Source: a virus. From it: 64,000 bases of DNA. The notes below the pieces were generated by a model. The model made no database searches, was not told where the DNA came from, and saw only the letters and a list, made by a program, of their open reading frames with translations. Position 1 is the first letter of the stretch, and each line of letters starts with the position of its first letter. Positions 10,523 through 21,602 of the stretch are shown here, piece by piece. The stretch lies in IMG/VR virus record IMGVR_UViG_3300002026_000005. One strand, 5' to 3'. The position numbers and the translations under genes are program-made.

Positions 10523-11284
10523 ATGAGTGAAGTAATACTTAGACCGATTGAGTCTAATAGTTGGACTAAACACAATTCGTGGGTAGGTCCGAGATATAAG
10601 AATTGTAAGGATTGTATTGGGCCCTATTTCAGGAGAAACGGAACTATCTACACAGGAATACCAGAGACGGAGAGACCACGTTTAGAGAAGTTGACAGGAT
10701 TGAATCTGAGTGAAACCTCAGAGTTTTGGTTGACTTTCTGTATACCGGCAGACAACTCTGAAATGACCATAAACACAGCAGACCCTTTTGATGAGTTGAA
10801 GTATTTCTTCCTCAAAAGTCATAAGGATATCGCCAAGTCTCTTGCTGACAAGAATCCGAGAGCGAAGTATGTTATGATAGACAAGGAATCTGAAGCTAAG
10901 AAGGTGAATGCCGAAGCCGAAGTCCTGATTGATGCCATGATTGCGTTCAGGAAGATGACAGACACAGATAGAAGAAAGCTTCTGATGTTGTATGGATACT
11001 CTGCTGAAAACAGTAGTGGAGAAGTTGTTCAGAAGAAGGTGTATGAATTGGTGGAGTCAGATCCGAAGAAATTCATACGTGTTTGGGTAGACGACGATGA
11101 TAGGGAGCATAGGTTCTTGATAGAGGACGCTATAAGCAAACAAGTAATAAGGAGAAACAAGAATATTTATAGGTACGGAACAGACGTCGTTGGTCATAGT
11201 ATTGATGAGGCTGTTGCTTTCGTAAAGGAGAAAAAGAATCAACCGATAGTAGATGCCATTAAGGCTGCATGTCAAGTAAAATAG
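10523..11284 (+). CDS. virion-module hypothetical protein (253 aa)
   Basis: ATG ORF with an A-rich leader, ending in TAG, located downstream of the capsid gene. Confidence 0.5.
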   Translation: MSEVILRPIESNSWTKHNSWVGPRYKNCKDCIGPYFRRNGTIYTGIPETERPRLEKLTGLNLSETSEFWLTFCIPADNSEMTINTADPFDELKYFFLKSHKDIAKSLADKNPRAKYVMIDKESEAKKVNAEAEVLIDAMIAFRKMTDTDRRKLLMLYGYSAENSSGEVVQKKVYELVESDPKKFIRVWVDDDDREHRFLIEDAISKQVIRRNKNIYRYGTDVVGHSIDEAVAFVKEKKNQPIVDAIKAACQVK

Positions 11285-11311
11285 TGACTAAAGAATAAGC
11301 TAGAAAGAAGA

Positions 11312-12010
11312 ATGACTATACTTCAGATGCACCAGGCTTTTGATTTGATGCTAGACAAGACTGACTCTCTAAACTACCCTTCATTTCTTCCAGAGGAAAA
11401 AGACTTCTGGTTGAACATGTCACAGAGGCAGTTCGTGAAGACAAGGTACTCTGGCCTGAATCCACGCGGAAAGTGGGTCGAGTCTGAGCAGAAGAGGATA
11501 GAAGATCTTAGGGAGATTATTGAGACCGGGATGCTGACAAGCCCCACAAGAGGAGAGTTCAAGGAGAACTCGTTCCTATTTGATTTGAGTAGGCTCAATA
11601 ACTACTGATTGGTTCTTCATGATGAATGCAGCATTAGGGTTACTAAGGTTGGTTGTTACGAGGGCGGAGTGTCGAGAGTTGGAATCCAACAGATAGATAG
11701 CGACACCTACACGTTCCAGAAGCAGAATCCCCATTCTGACCACAACTTGTGGATTGGAACAGCAAAGCCATTGAGACTCTTCGTAGATCACTACGTCGAA
11801 CTCATTAGCGACGGAAACTATGATGTGGTTGAGTACTACATCAGATACATACGTAAACCTGTAGAGATGAATATATTCAAGAAAGTCAACTGTGAGTTAG
11901 GAGAGATTACTCATGACGAAATCGTTCGGAACGCTGTTCAGATGGCTCTAGAAAACATTGAAAGCCCAAGGCTGCAGTCCCATGCGATAGAAATTACACG
12001 ACAAGAATAA
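11312..12010 (+). CDS. virion-module hypothetical protein, with in-frame TGA at 11606-11608
   Basis: ORFs 11312..11608 and 11609..12010 are contiguous in one frame and separated only by a TGA. The gene ends in TAA. Confidence 0.55.
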
Positions 12011-12022
12011 TAGGAAAATATT

Positions 12023-13042
12023 ATGCTACAGAGAACAGGAAAAATCCTTATACACAACAGCGGAGTTGCGGCTCAGACTGGAAGTGTTCAGGTGAAGGAT
12101 CCGACAGTAACTGCAACATTCATCAAGAATGGAGAAGTTGCTGTATTGGATGAGAGGTATGAGCCTCTTGGAAGCAAGACTTATTCGGCTTCTTATGGAG
12201 CGACAACTACTTCAAAGATAATTATAGCACAAGGAACCGGAAACGGAAAGGTTAGATTCTCTAACCCTATCGACGGAAATCTTTTGCTTTCAGTTAAGGC
12301 TGAGCCATATGCTGCCATAGTTGAGAAGACTTGGGAAGTAGTAAAGGGAACAACCTTTACACCAATCATCGGACAAGAGTATGTTGTTAGAATAGTCTAT
12401 AGGGATATAGAGGAAACTAGGAACCAATACACTTTCTGGTACAGATGGGTAGCTGACTCAACAGTTTATGCTGACTTGGTTACAGCCATAAAGACTTCTA
12501 TCAACAACGACAAGAAGGCTAAGGTAGTTGCGAGTGGAACAACTTCTCTCGTGATAACCGCAAAGGATATTGTTGCCCTAACAAGCATCAATGATATCGA
12601 CAACTTCAGACAGACAGATTTCGATATATTCCTTTCAAGTGGAAACTGGGGAGATTCAGTTCTGAACAACAATCTTCTATCAACATTCAACACAGCTGAT
12701 GGAGCTGCTATTGGAAAGTTCACTTATGGATCAGGTTGCTGGCCATACGTTAGAGACATCGAAAAGACTTTCAAGGCCTATGAAGGTGTTACTAACTACA
12801 TCAACTTCCCAGTGTCTGCGTATGCTACTCAGTTCTACACAGAAGCTGGTGGAAACTATGACTTCATCGCGTTCGAACATGATGCGAGCTACCAGTCTCC
12901 AGACAACCAGTACGTTAAGAGAGCCCCATTGACAACAATAGTCGCTTTCCCTAACACGAATGCAGTTGGAACCGCCGTTGCCTCAGCCATAAATACTTGG
13001 ACTGCATCAACGCCAAGAAAGTTTGCTGCTGTTACGCTATAG
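12023..13042 (+). CDS. virion structural protein, possibly a capsid auxiliary or decoration protein
   Basis: 339-aa ORF ending in TAG and followed by a strong intrinsic terminator, which suggests a highly expressed unit. The functional call is positional only. Confidence 0.45.
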   Translation: MLQRTGKILIHNSGVAAQTGSVQVKDPTVTATFIKNGEVAVLDERYEPLGSKTYSASYGATTTSKIIIAQGTGNGKVRFSNPIDGNLLLSVKAEPYAAIVEKTWEVVKGTTFTPIIGQEYVVRIVYRDIEETRNQYTFWYRWVADSTVYADLVTAIKTSINNDKKAKVVASGTTSLVITAKDIVALTSINDIDNFRQTDFDIFLSSGNWGDSVLNNNLLSTFNTADGAAIGKFTYGSGCWPYVRDIEKTFKAYEGVTNYINFPVSAYATQFYTEAGGNYDFIAFEHDASYQSPDNQYVKRAPLTTIVAFPNTNAVGTAVASAINTWTASTPRKFAAVTL

Positions 13043-13072
13043 TAATCAGAGTGAATTATTTAGTTAGAAAAC

Positions 13073-13103
13073 AGGGCTGCCAAACGGCGGCCTTTGTTTT
13101 TTC
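13073..13103 (+). terminator. rho-independent terminator
   Basis: Stem agggctgcc / ggcggcctt (9 bp including 2 G-U pairs) with loop aaac, followed by tgttttttc. Confidence 0.7.
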
Positions 13104-13161
13104 TACACGGCATTAGTACAATTGAATACAATTGAAACAAAAGAAATAAAACAGAAAGAAT

Positions 13162-14553
13162 ATGGCTGGAGAGATACGAGTAGTTATAGACGGAACCGAA
13201 TTCCAAGACAATAGTGGGACTGAGTTCGATTTCGGTAGTGTTTTCGTCAGAAGTGTTTCTGACTGGAAGACAGTAAGAGTTTGGAATGATAGCACAATAG
13301 AGAACCTGAACATCACTGGAGTAACAGAGGTTGGAACAGAGTTCGAAGTGTATGGGCCGGCTACTTCCGTCATTCCTCCCACAATGTACACAGACTGGTT
13401 CATCAGGTTTGTTCCGACTTATCCGTCTAACGTGAGCCTTCTGGGCCCTCGCAGTACGACACTGACAATAAATAGCAACGATGCTAACGAAGGAGTCTTC
13501 ACTGTTAGACTTGTTGCCCGTGCTGACTCTCCGATAATAAAGGTGGTCAACATGAAGGGTTATGACTTCACCCAGATGGGATTGAACATAGTCAATGAAA
13601 ACTACAGCCTAGACTTCGGAAAGGTTGCGAAGACATTTGATAGGAGCAAGACTCTTAGGGTATACAATGTTGGAACCAGTCCACTTGGGATAAATTCTCT
13701 CACTATTGGTGGAGACCCAGAGTTCTCCATCGTGACAGAACCGACTTATCCAGCATCAGTGCCGGCTCCTTCTGTTCTTGGTAACTATGAGTCAAACAAC
13801 TATGTTGATATAGTCATCGAATACAATGGACAGACGGTTGAGTTGAACAAGGCTGTTGTAACCATCAATCATGATGACGTGAATTCGGCATCGATAAATG
13901 GGACTATAACGAATTCGAACTACGTCATCCATCTTCTTGGAGAGACGGTTTCGGTTCAGACTAGGCTCGAGTTCAACACTTGTGGTTGTTGCGATAGACT
14001 TACTATTGTGGACAAGACAGGTTGGTATGATAAGGATTCGAATCCTAATGGGTACACGACCTTCACGAACTCTGTTACGAGAATAGTCAGCAACAAACTC
14101 TCTACTCCGATTGTTTGGAGTTCCGACATGTTCAACTTCAGTATCGAGAGAAACAAGCTTCCAATAGGAAGAAACAGTGAAGTAGAAGGAGTAACGGCGG
14201 CACCATCAACCTGGATACATGATGGTCTGTATGAGGTTGAGTATGAAGTAAACCCGAGTTCAGACTGTTGTAAGTTGGTATCCAAGTGGACGTTCGTGTC
14301 ATTGTGTTGCACAAGGAAGAAGGTGTACAAGATGTTGTCAGACATCACGAAGAATGAGGCATGTGCCGGCTGCAACAGTGTACCGATGCAGAATGCTATC
14401 ACGGCTTACAGCCTACTGAAGTCGTTAGAGTTCAGTGCGTGGTGTAGGAAAGATGAGGCAACAATAGACAAACACATCTCGACGATAAACAAACTGTTTA
14501 GTCAGAACGAGAACTGTTGTGGTCAGACAACGCTTGACTGTAACTGTGGGTAG
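13162..14553 (+). CDS. structural protein with two Ig-like (ASH/HYDIN-like) repeats and a Cys-rich C-terminal domain
   Basis: Two tandem segments follow the pattern FDFG.V......V.N....L.I.G....F...L.I.S/N.D. The C-terminus contains CGCCD, CCKLV, LCCTRKK, CAGCN and CCGQTTLDCNCG. It ends in TAG. Confidence 0.5.
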   Translation: MAGEIRVVIDGTEFQDNSGTEFDFGSVFVRSVSDWKTVRVWNDSTIENLNITGVTEVGTEFEVYGPATSVIPPTMYTDWFIRFVPTYPSNVSLLGPRSTTLTINSNDANEGVFTVRLVARADSPIIKVVNMKGYDFTQMGLNIVNENYSLDFGKVAKTFDRSKTLRVYNVGTSPLGINSLTIGGDPEFSIVTEPTYPASVPAPSVLGNYESNNYVDIVIEYNGQTVELNKAVVTINHDDVNSASINGTITNSNYVIHLLGETVSVQTRLEFNTCGCCDRLTIVDKTGWYDKDSNPNGYTTFTNSVTRIVSNKLSTPIVWSSDMFNFSIERNKLPIGRNSEVEGVTAAPSTWIHDGLYEVEYEVNPSSDCCKLVSKWTFVSLCCTRKKVYKMLSDITKNEACAGCNSVPMQNAITAYSLLKSLEFSAWCRKDEATIDKHISTINKLFSQNENCCGQTTLDCNCG

Positions 14554-14623
14554 TGAGCGGTAAACAGACTAGAAAAGAAAGTAAAAGAAATAGAAGAATC
14601 TAAACAATATAAACGAAAAGAAT

Positions 14624-16888
14624 ATGTGCACAGACTGCGAAAAAAACATAGTGTTCCCCGGAACAGAAGACAATTCTCTCTACATTCAGTATAGTCAGAC
14701 AGGTTGTGGCGAGGAGAATTGGCACGTTCCATTTGATCAGTGCCAGGACATCTACATGAGACAGAAGGTTGGTGAGAGTGGAACCTGGACAGACAAGATA
14801 AAGATTACTGGAGACAGGGCTCCGTTCCTGACCAATCCTGTTGGAATAGTTTTGAGAACGTGGGATCCAAACAATAGAATTTGGAATCCGATACAATTCC
14901 CAAACGCTACAAGGATGTACATCTTCAATGGAGGTATTGATGACACAGCCAACTGAGATGTTTCTGTTGAGAACCTGAACCCAACAGAAGGATATCTTGG
15001 TTATAGTTTTGATGAAACCACTGCAACACTAGAGATAGATTCGGCTCTAGAGAGCCAATTCAACTCTGCCCTATTCAGATTCACTGCAACAAAAGACATA
15101 GTGAACTGTTCTGGTGAAGATGAATGTCAGGACGTAATCACGATGGACTACGTTGTCTACTTCCTGAGCTGGGGAGCTGATGGTATTGATGGAGTTGATG
15201 GTCTTGATGGAGATGTTGGACCACAAGGACCGATTGGACCTCAGGGACTACAGGGAATACAGGGGGCACAAGGGCCTCAAGGAATCCAGGGGCTTCAGGG
15301 AGTTCAGGGTATTCAGGGAATCCAGGGGCTGAGAGGACAAGGCCTGTGTCTAACAGGAGCCGGTCCGCTTGTAGACAGACCAGATAATCCGACTAATGTT
15401 GGAGACAACTGTTGTCACGACAGTGGAGTAACGTGTGCCCCATTGTGGTTCAACACGGATACGAATCTGGCTTCGGCTTACCAGAATGGAGCATGGGGAG
15501 CAGAGTTTCCTCTATTGCCGAACACACACAATCAGTTGCAGGGACTTCAGGGAGGTAATGGAGTGGATGAATTCTTCCATCTTACTGAGAATGTTGCGAA
15601 CAATGTAGAGACACTGTTTCCTAACACTATTACATCTGACACAGTAATGACTGTTGGCCCAGATGATTCAGTTGTATATGTTCCGTACGCAGACATTTGG
15701 GACATTCTGTTTCAACAGGCTATAAGTGCAACAAATCTGTTCAACAACACTATCTTCACAGATGAATTGCTTGACTTCCTTGATGGGAATCTTCCTCACA
15801 ACAGTTTAGAAGGATTGCAGGGAGGAGATGCAGTGAATGGATATTGGCATCTAGCTCAGGAGGAGTACAATAGACTACATGATTGGATAGCACCAATGTT
15901 CACTAATCAACCGGTTCTAGAGACATACATGTTTATCGATAACAACGGTGAGATGCAGTACCTGACACAGGAACAGTTGAATGAGACACTGACTGAAACC
16001 CTTAGTCCGGCTAATGTAACGAACCTGTTCAGTAACACTAACTTCACTACTGAACTTAGCACATACATCTCAAACAATCCACCAGCATCATATGATCTCT
16101 CTACTCTAACACAGGATCTTGCAAACGATCCAGTATCGGCAGCATTGATTGCAGCAGAGCTTCCTCACAATAGTTTGGATGGAAAGGATGGGTCCGGCAC
16201 CTATCACCTTAGTCAGTCTGTTCATGATTACTTCGAGAACCAAGACTTCTATGATTATGGAGTACTTAGAAATTTCCCAGGTGGAACAGCTCCGAGAATA
16301 AATCTGAATAATGGAGAATTGATTTCTGGAGGAACAGTTGTGTTAGACTGGGATGATCCTGTTCAACCAGCTAATAAGAATAAGTTCTTGCATACAAATG
16401 CGACTACTGGAGTGATTGAGTATGTTGATGTTGTGGCTCCAACAGTTGGGGTGCTTGATACGAACAATGATGTTCCATTAATAGTACCAACAACTCCAGA
16501 AAGCTTTGCTGATCACATAGATCTCCACAAGATATCTAAGACAGGAAGTTGGAATGACTTGGAAGACCAACCTCTTATACCTGCAGACAGTAATTGGATA
16601 GAGATATTCGAGATAAATATACCTCAACTTGTTGGAACTATACAGTTTAAGGTGTATGGAAGTGTTGTATCTATAGCTATTACGATAACATCAAATACTT
16701 TATCTACTCCATATTCTTACTCTCAAACAACTAATGTTCCATTGCTAACATTGCCACTCCAATACGTTGTTGGTTATGAAGGATTGAACTTTTTGGAATG
16801 GAGATACATAACATCAATATCGTCTCATGTGAGAATAAATATAGAGCCAACATTCCAAACAGGTATTACTATTACAAGTATAATCTAA
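14624..16888 (+). CDS. collagen-like tail fibre protein, with in-frame TGA at 14954-14956
   Basis: ORFs 14624..14956 and 15101..16888 share a frame. I checked the 144-nt gap codon by codon and found no TAA or TAG. The protein contains 19 G-x-y triplets and ends in TAA. Confidence 0.75.
15173..15343 (+). repeat. collagen-like G-x-y triplet repeat (19 units)
   Basis: Encodes GADGIDGVDGLDGDVGPQGPIGPQGLQGIQGAQGPQGIQGLQGVQGIQGIQGLRGQG. Confidence 0.9.
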
Positions 16889-17289
16889 TGGAAACAAAGA
16901 TAAACCTAGAAGCCTATATCGGCATAAATAAATGCAAAGTATCTTCAGTAGGCGAGAGTCTACTGAAGGCTTATGCTTTAATGAGTTGTGATCCTTCCGT
17001 GAAGGAGTGTGATCTGATACTGACTCAGGCTCTCATCGAGATAGTTGAGAGTTGGAAACCTGAGTGGGAGAAACTACCAAAGTATGATGAAGCCGGCAAC
17101 ATCCTGAATGAGGAGTGTTGTCACGACACAAATGCCGACGGAATCCTAGAGGCAGTTGTTGGTCTTCGTAGAAAGATAAGGACGTCTTGGAGCTGCAATT
17201 ATCTTACGCAAGATGAGATGATCGGGATAAGGGATTTCCTCAATAAGAAACTAAACTTGAACCTAAAAATCGGATTTGAAAATGAGTAA
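16888..17289 (+). CDS. hypothetical protein, possibly a fibre-associated or chaperone-like protein
   Basis: The ATG at 16888 overlaps the TAA of the fibre gene (TAATG). 133 aa, ending in TAA. Confidence 0.5.
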   Translation: METKINLEAYIGINKCKVSSVGESLLKAYALMSCDPSVKECDLILTQALIEIVESWKPEWEKLPKYDEAGNILNEECCHDTNADGILEAVVGLRRKIRTSWSCNYLTQDEMIGIRDFLNKKLNLNLKIGFENE

Positions 17290-17956
17290 TTATAATATCC
17301 AAAATAATAGCCACATTGAGCAGAGAGTCGTTACTCTCTTGTTGTCTTATCTTGAGTGTGCTATCAGGAATTGTGGCATAACAGCCAATGTCAATGTAGT
17401 AAACACTCCGCTTCCAACAACTGACACGAATGGGGCGGCAATGCTGACTCAGCTCCAAACAATTGCTGGAGACACAACTGCCTTGGAGGCTTTGCAGACG
17501 AATAGTAATGCCCTGATCACTACCATGAATGGTTACGTTGATCAGATAGAGGGTCTTCTTGCTGCGATAGAAACGAATGGTGGAGATCTTGAGACTATTC
17601 TTACTGCTGTTGGTTTGAATACTGTTGATATAGAGAATATTCTCACAGACATCAGAACCAATGTTGGATACACTACTGACGTAGCGGCAACAGTTGGTTC
17701 TAATGGAACCGTCATTGCGATACTAAAGGGTGTCTTGAATTCATTGGCAGCTGTTGCTCCTTCAAAGATTCAGAGGATAAAGAATGCTGATAATTATGCG
17801 ATGAACATAACTCTCTATTCTGGAACCACAGACAACGCTAAGACAATAGTCCACACTGGAACAACATCGGTTGGAGCAGAGACCGTGACTCAGACAATTA
17901 CTTACGTAAATGAAGCAGGTTTAGATTTCAGGGTTCAATCAGTAATATATTCGTAG
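17282..17956 (+). CDS. fibre-like coiled-coil protein
   Basis: The ATG at 17282 overlaps the end of the previous gene. It has T/N/A/L-rich heptad-like segments (LQTIAGDTTALEALQTNSNALITTMNGYVDQIEGLLAAIE). It ends in TAG. Confidence 0.5.
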   Translation: MSNYNIQNNSHIEQRVVTLLLSYLECAIRNCGITANVNVVNTPLPTTDTNGAAMLTQLQTIAGDTTALEALQTNSNALITTMNGYVDQIEGLLAAIETNGGDLETILTAVGLNTVDIENILTDIRTNVGYTTDVAATVGSNGTVIAILKGVLNSLAAVAPSKIQRIKNADNYAMNITLYSGTTDNAKTIVHTGTTSVGAETVTQTITYVNEAGLDFRVQSVIYS

Positions 17957-17957
17957 T

Positions 17958-18500
17958 ATGCCATACAAATTTAATCCGATAGAAGGGATACTTGATAGAG
18001 TAGAAGATGCTCCATCTATATCTACACAGGAAGTATTTTCCTATGCAAATCTTGCTGCATTTCCTGTTACGGGTGCAGGAAACACTCTATACATAGCTAA
18101 TGATACTGGTCTGTTGTATGCGTGGAATGGGACTACGTATGTAGTTACGACTGATGATAATGTTGAGTTCATACAGGATACTATTGGTGGAAGTCTTATT
18201 GATACTCCAACGATAGACCTTACCTATGATGACGTAAACGGCCAGATAAAGGCAGATGTCAATGATGACAGTATCACTTTCGCTAAGATGCAAGAGATTC
18301 CTACAATGACATTCTTAGGCAACATTGCAGCACTAACAGCCAATCCAACAGCAGTTGAAAGTGTTCAAATGTTTGTAAGTGTACCTGCAAATAGTGGTGT
18401 ATCAGGTGAACAAGGACAATTTAGTTTTGATGCAAACTATATCTATCTATATATAGGTACAGAATGGGCAAGAATACCAAGAACATTAGGAGGGTGGTAA
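17958..18500 (+). CDS. tail fibre-like protein
   Basis: The N-terminus MPYKFNPIEGILDRV matches the common N-P-x-x-G-x-L-D fibre N-terminal pattern. The gene is tightly packed against its neighbours and ends in TAA. Confidence 0.5.
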   Translation: MPYKFNPIEGILDRVEDAPSISTQEVFSYANLAAFPVTGAGNTLYIANDTGLLYAWNGTTYVVTTDDNVEFIQDTIGGSLIDTPTIDLTYDDVNGQIKADVNDDSITFAKMQEIPTMTFLGNIAALTANPTAVESVQMFVSVPANSGVSGEQGQFSFDANYIYLYIGTEWARIPRTLGGW

Positions 18501-18503
18501 GCT

Positions 18504-19220
18504 ATGAGTAAGATACCTATGATATATAAGAATGGTCTAAGACTACAAATAAATGATTATGTTCAATTTGCACATAATTCTAACTTTGACTTAAATCAAA
18601 GTGGAGATTGGACTATAAATTATCATTTTAGAATGATTAATTTACCTACAAACTATATGTTTTTAGCTGCTCACGGATTTACCCCTACAAGCTGGAATAT
18701 TCAAACGACAGGTGGTAATAGTACAATTTGTCAGCTAAGGATGTTTCAAAATTTTCCTACAAATTTTATTGAAATATCGCATAGTAGCTTAGTTGTTGGA
18801 AATTGGTATAATGTAGCATTTGTCAAAAGTGGAAGTAATTACAAAGTATATCTAAATGCTATTGATTCAACGATAGGAGTTTCAATTACGGGAAATCCAA
18901 CATCAGTAGCAAACTCAGCACCTTTCTACATCGGTGGTTTGCAAACTACTTATCCTAGCAACATTGAAATAGCAACATTTGTAGTATATAATGTAGCTTT
19001 GAATTTGAGTGAGTTACAACAATTATCTGCCAATCCTTATGCTGATATTCAATTAGCAAATAGACAAATACAAATGAATTTCAATAAACAAAGTGGTTTT
19101 AGTGTACCAGAAGTAATAACAAGTAATAATGGTACAATAAATAATCAACCAATAGGAGATTGGGTAGCAGTTACTCCAGATAAAGTACTAAGAGTAAACA
19201 ACAAAATACTGAGAACATAA
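18504..19220 (+). CDS. LamG / concanavalin-like jelly-roll protein, candidate receptor-binding protein
   Basis: The pattern GNWYNVAFVKSGSNYKVYLNAI...PFYIGG is typical of Laminin-G_3-type domains. The DNA is very AT-rich, about 23-30% GC in the stretches I sampled. Confidence 0.5.
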   Translation: MSKIPMIYKNGLRLQINDYVQFAHNSNFDLNQSGDWTINYHFRMINLPTNYMFLAAHGFTPTSWNIQTTGGNSTICQLRMFQNFPTNFIEISHSSLVVGNWYNVAFVKSGSNYKVYLNAIDSTIGVSITGNPTSVANSAPFYIGGLQTTYPSNIEIATFVVYNVALNLSELQQLSANPYADIQLANRQIQMNFNKQSGFSVPEVITSNNGTINNQPIGDWVAVTPDKVLRVNNKILRT

Positions 19221-19618
19221 TGAACAAATATTACTTTGTACCAAAAGAGTACGAACCAATGATAAAGCCTTTAGTTGATGATTGGAATACTAAGGGTAAA
19301 CAAACCATAATTACAGGCGAGTACAAAACTGTACCTTATACTGTAATAGATGAAGATACAACTATTCAAGCTAAACAATATAGTGGAGAACTCTTTACTA
19401 TAAAGAAATCATTTCAAGAAAACTTTATGGGAGAAGTAACTAATAAGGAGATTATAGGCTTTACAGTAGAGGGTGATTTAGAAAACCAGCTACCACCAGA
19501 AGTATATAATCAACTTATACAATTGCAGGGAATACATTCCGAAATAAAACCGAGTGATTATATTGCTTATGTGGAATCACTAAAGAATGAAAGTACAACA
19601 ACCTTAATAATAGAGTAA
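19220..19618 (+). CDS. hypothetical protein (132 aa)
   Basis: The ATG overlaps the previous TAA. It lies within the AT-rich cassette and ends in TAA. Confidence 0.5.
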   Translation: MNKYYFVPKEYEPMIKPLVDDWNTKGKQTIITGEYKTVPYTVIDEDTTIQAKQYSGELFTIKKSFQENFMGEVTNKEIIGFTVEGDLENQLPPEVYNQLIQLQGIHSEIKPSDYIAYVESLKNESTTTLIIE

Positions 19619-20352
19619 TGCAAATATCAAGAGGAACAACAGTAGAAAGAGATGCTTTATCATTAGGTGTAAGTGATAAAGTAATATTCTTTAATGTAAC
19701 CACAGGACTATATGACTTTTGGGATGGGAACAATTGGATACTAAAAGTAGATAAGCTATCAATACAAAATTCATTGATAGTAAACAATGAGTATCTAACA
19801 GGTACTGTATTCTTAGTTAGAGGTTATGGTATGGACTATCTGCTTAGGGCAATGGTTGAAGCAACTGGTACAAGATTGCTTGTTGATGCAGAATATGCAG
19901 ATGCTTCAATTAGAATGCACTGTTCAGCTACAACTTATCAAGAAATATCTTGGTCAGAAGATCCAGCTAATGATACTATTGGAATATGGGGACAACCCTA
20001 TCTAGGAAGAATTGGAGTATGGTCGTATGGAAAGGGTGCAGACCTTATCACTTTCAACGGTACATACGATGGAACAGGACAAGCAGAAGTAGTTGTCAAT
20101 GAAGACAATGTTGATGTAGATTTCATCATTGAAAAAAACACCGCAGGAGAAGCCTTTAGATATGATGCAGGTAATGACTTAATTTCTGTTGGTAGTGATA
20201 CTGAGATAGTAATAGGAAGCTATAACTATCATAGACAAACACTAGGAGTAGATACTGATGGTGATTGGAGAACCTATTCTGACACAAATGGTTTCTACAC
20301 ACAACAAAGAGTAGCCGGAAACTGGGTAACAAAACAAACAATAACTACATAA
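19618..20352 (+). CDS. hypothetical tail or fibre cassette protein (244 aa)
   Basis: The ATG overlaps the previous TAA. It ends in TAA. Confidence 0.5.
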   Translation: MQISRGTTVERDALSLGVSDKVIFFNVTTGLYDFWDGNNWILKVDKLSIQNSLIVNNEYLTGTVFLVRGYGMDYLLRAMVEATGTRLLVDAEYADASIRMHCSATTYQEISWSEDPANDTIGIWGQPYLGRIGVWSYGKGADLITFNGTYDGTGQAEVVVNEDNVDVDFIIEKNTAGEAFRYDAGNDLISVGSDTEIVIGSYNYHRQTLGVDTDGDWRTYSDTNGFYTQQRVAGNWVTKQTITT

Positions 20353-20355
20353 GCT

Positions 20356-20943
20356 ATGGGAGTAGAAACACAAAAAATAAAACTTACTGATGTAAGTCAG
20401 TATGAGGAAGATAGGCACGATGACATGCTTGGTTATATCATAACAGGTATATCAGGTGCAAATCAATGGCTTGTAGCAAACATTGGAGATACATTATTTC
20501 CGATGCAATGGCTTAGGAATAATAGTAGTGACTATTATTGCACCTATATCCAAAGTCCACATACCCGTAAACAGGGAGCGTTGATAGACAGTATTCATAT
20601 TCATTACATTCTTCAAACAGACTATGTCGCAAACCAAACTTTGGTATTTGATGTCAGCTATACTTGGATAACTCCAGGTATGATAATACCAAACATAGCA
20701 GGTTGGAACACACTAATAGGAGTGCCAATTAGTTGAGCAGAGAATAGGGAAGCAAGATATTCTGGAGCATTCTCTCTTGTCAGTAACTTTCCAGCACCAA
20801 GTCCAGACGGTTATGGTGCAGTACTCTTAGTAAGAGTAGTTAGAGGGAATGGTACATATAGTGGAAACTTAGGCATATTGGCTTGTGATGCCCATGTGAT
20901 AAAAGACAGAGAAGGAAGTAAACTTGAATTTTCAGATGTATAA
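20356..20943 (+). CDS. hypothetical protein, with in-frame TGA at 20734-20736
   Basis: ORF 20356..20736 continues in the same frame for 68 further codons (AENREARYSGAFSL...EFSDV) to TAA 20941-20943. I checked this codon by codon. The next ATG is at 20946. Confidence 0.6.
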
Positions 20944-20945
20944 CA

Positions 20946-21224
20946 ATGGAAATAAGAAAAGAAATACGTGATGGTAAGGAGGTAATAATCTTTCCATTCA
21001 AGGAGTTCTCGGAAGCCCTGATAAGTATGAAGCTGTTCAGGGACTTGTTGAGAACCCAGATAAGGGAGCTCCAGGATCCGATAGAGAAGAAACTGAACGT
21101 GTTGGAAGTCGACGTAGACAAGGTGAAGAAGTCGGAACTAAATTGATTCTCTGGTCTGCCGTTGGTTGACCAAGTTTTCTCCAATGAGAAAGAGGCTGTG
21201 GAACAGTCTAAGTTGTATATGTAG
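20946..21224 (+). CDS. small hypothetical protein, with in-frame TGA at 21144-21146
   Basis: ORF 20946..21146 continues in frame for 25 codons to TAG 21222-21224. This fills what would otherwise be a non-coding gap. Confidence 0.45.
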
Positions 21225-21255
21225 TATAAACAAACAATAAAAAGTAAGAATCCTA

Positions 21256-21582
21256 ATGGAAGAAATAGTAGCAAGTGGACTCAAGGGGCTCGGTTTGGCA
21301 GGAACAGTTATTGGTGCCCTTTTGTGGTATGCGAAGACAACGAATGCCAGAATGATGCAAATGCTCGAAGACGAAAGAAAGAGTAGAGAGGGAGCAGAGA
21401 AAGAGTTCAAGGAATACCTGAAGGAGACTTCGAGAGAACATATGGCTATTGTCGAGAAGAACAATTCTGTCTTCGAGAGAATAATCGACTCCATCAACAA
21501 CCAATCAAAAGCCTATAGCGACACAACGGCTTTGATGTCAACTATCTATAAGAAGCTCGAGGAAGAGTATGATGATGAATAG
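21256..21582 (+). CDS. small membrane-anchored coiled-coil protein
   Basis: It has an N-terminal hydrophobic segment (GLKGLGLAGTVIGALLWYA) followed by a charged helix. It ends in TAG. A holin- or spanin-like role is only a guess. Confidence 0.4.
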   Translation: MEEIVASGLKGLGLAGTVIGALLWYAKTTNARMMQMLEDERKSREGAEKEFKEYLKETSREHMAIVEKNNSVFERIIDSINNQSKAYSDTTALMSTIYKKLEEEYDDE

Positions 21583-21602
21583 GGAAAAGAAATAATTGAA
21601 CA

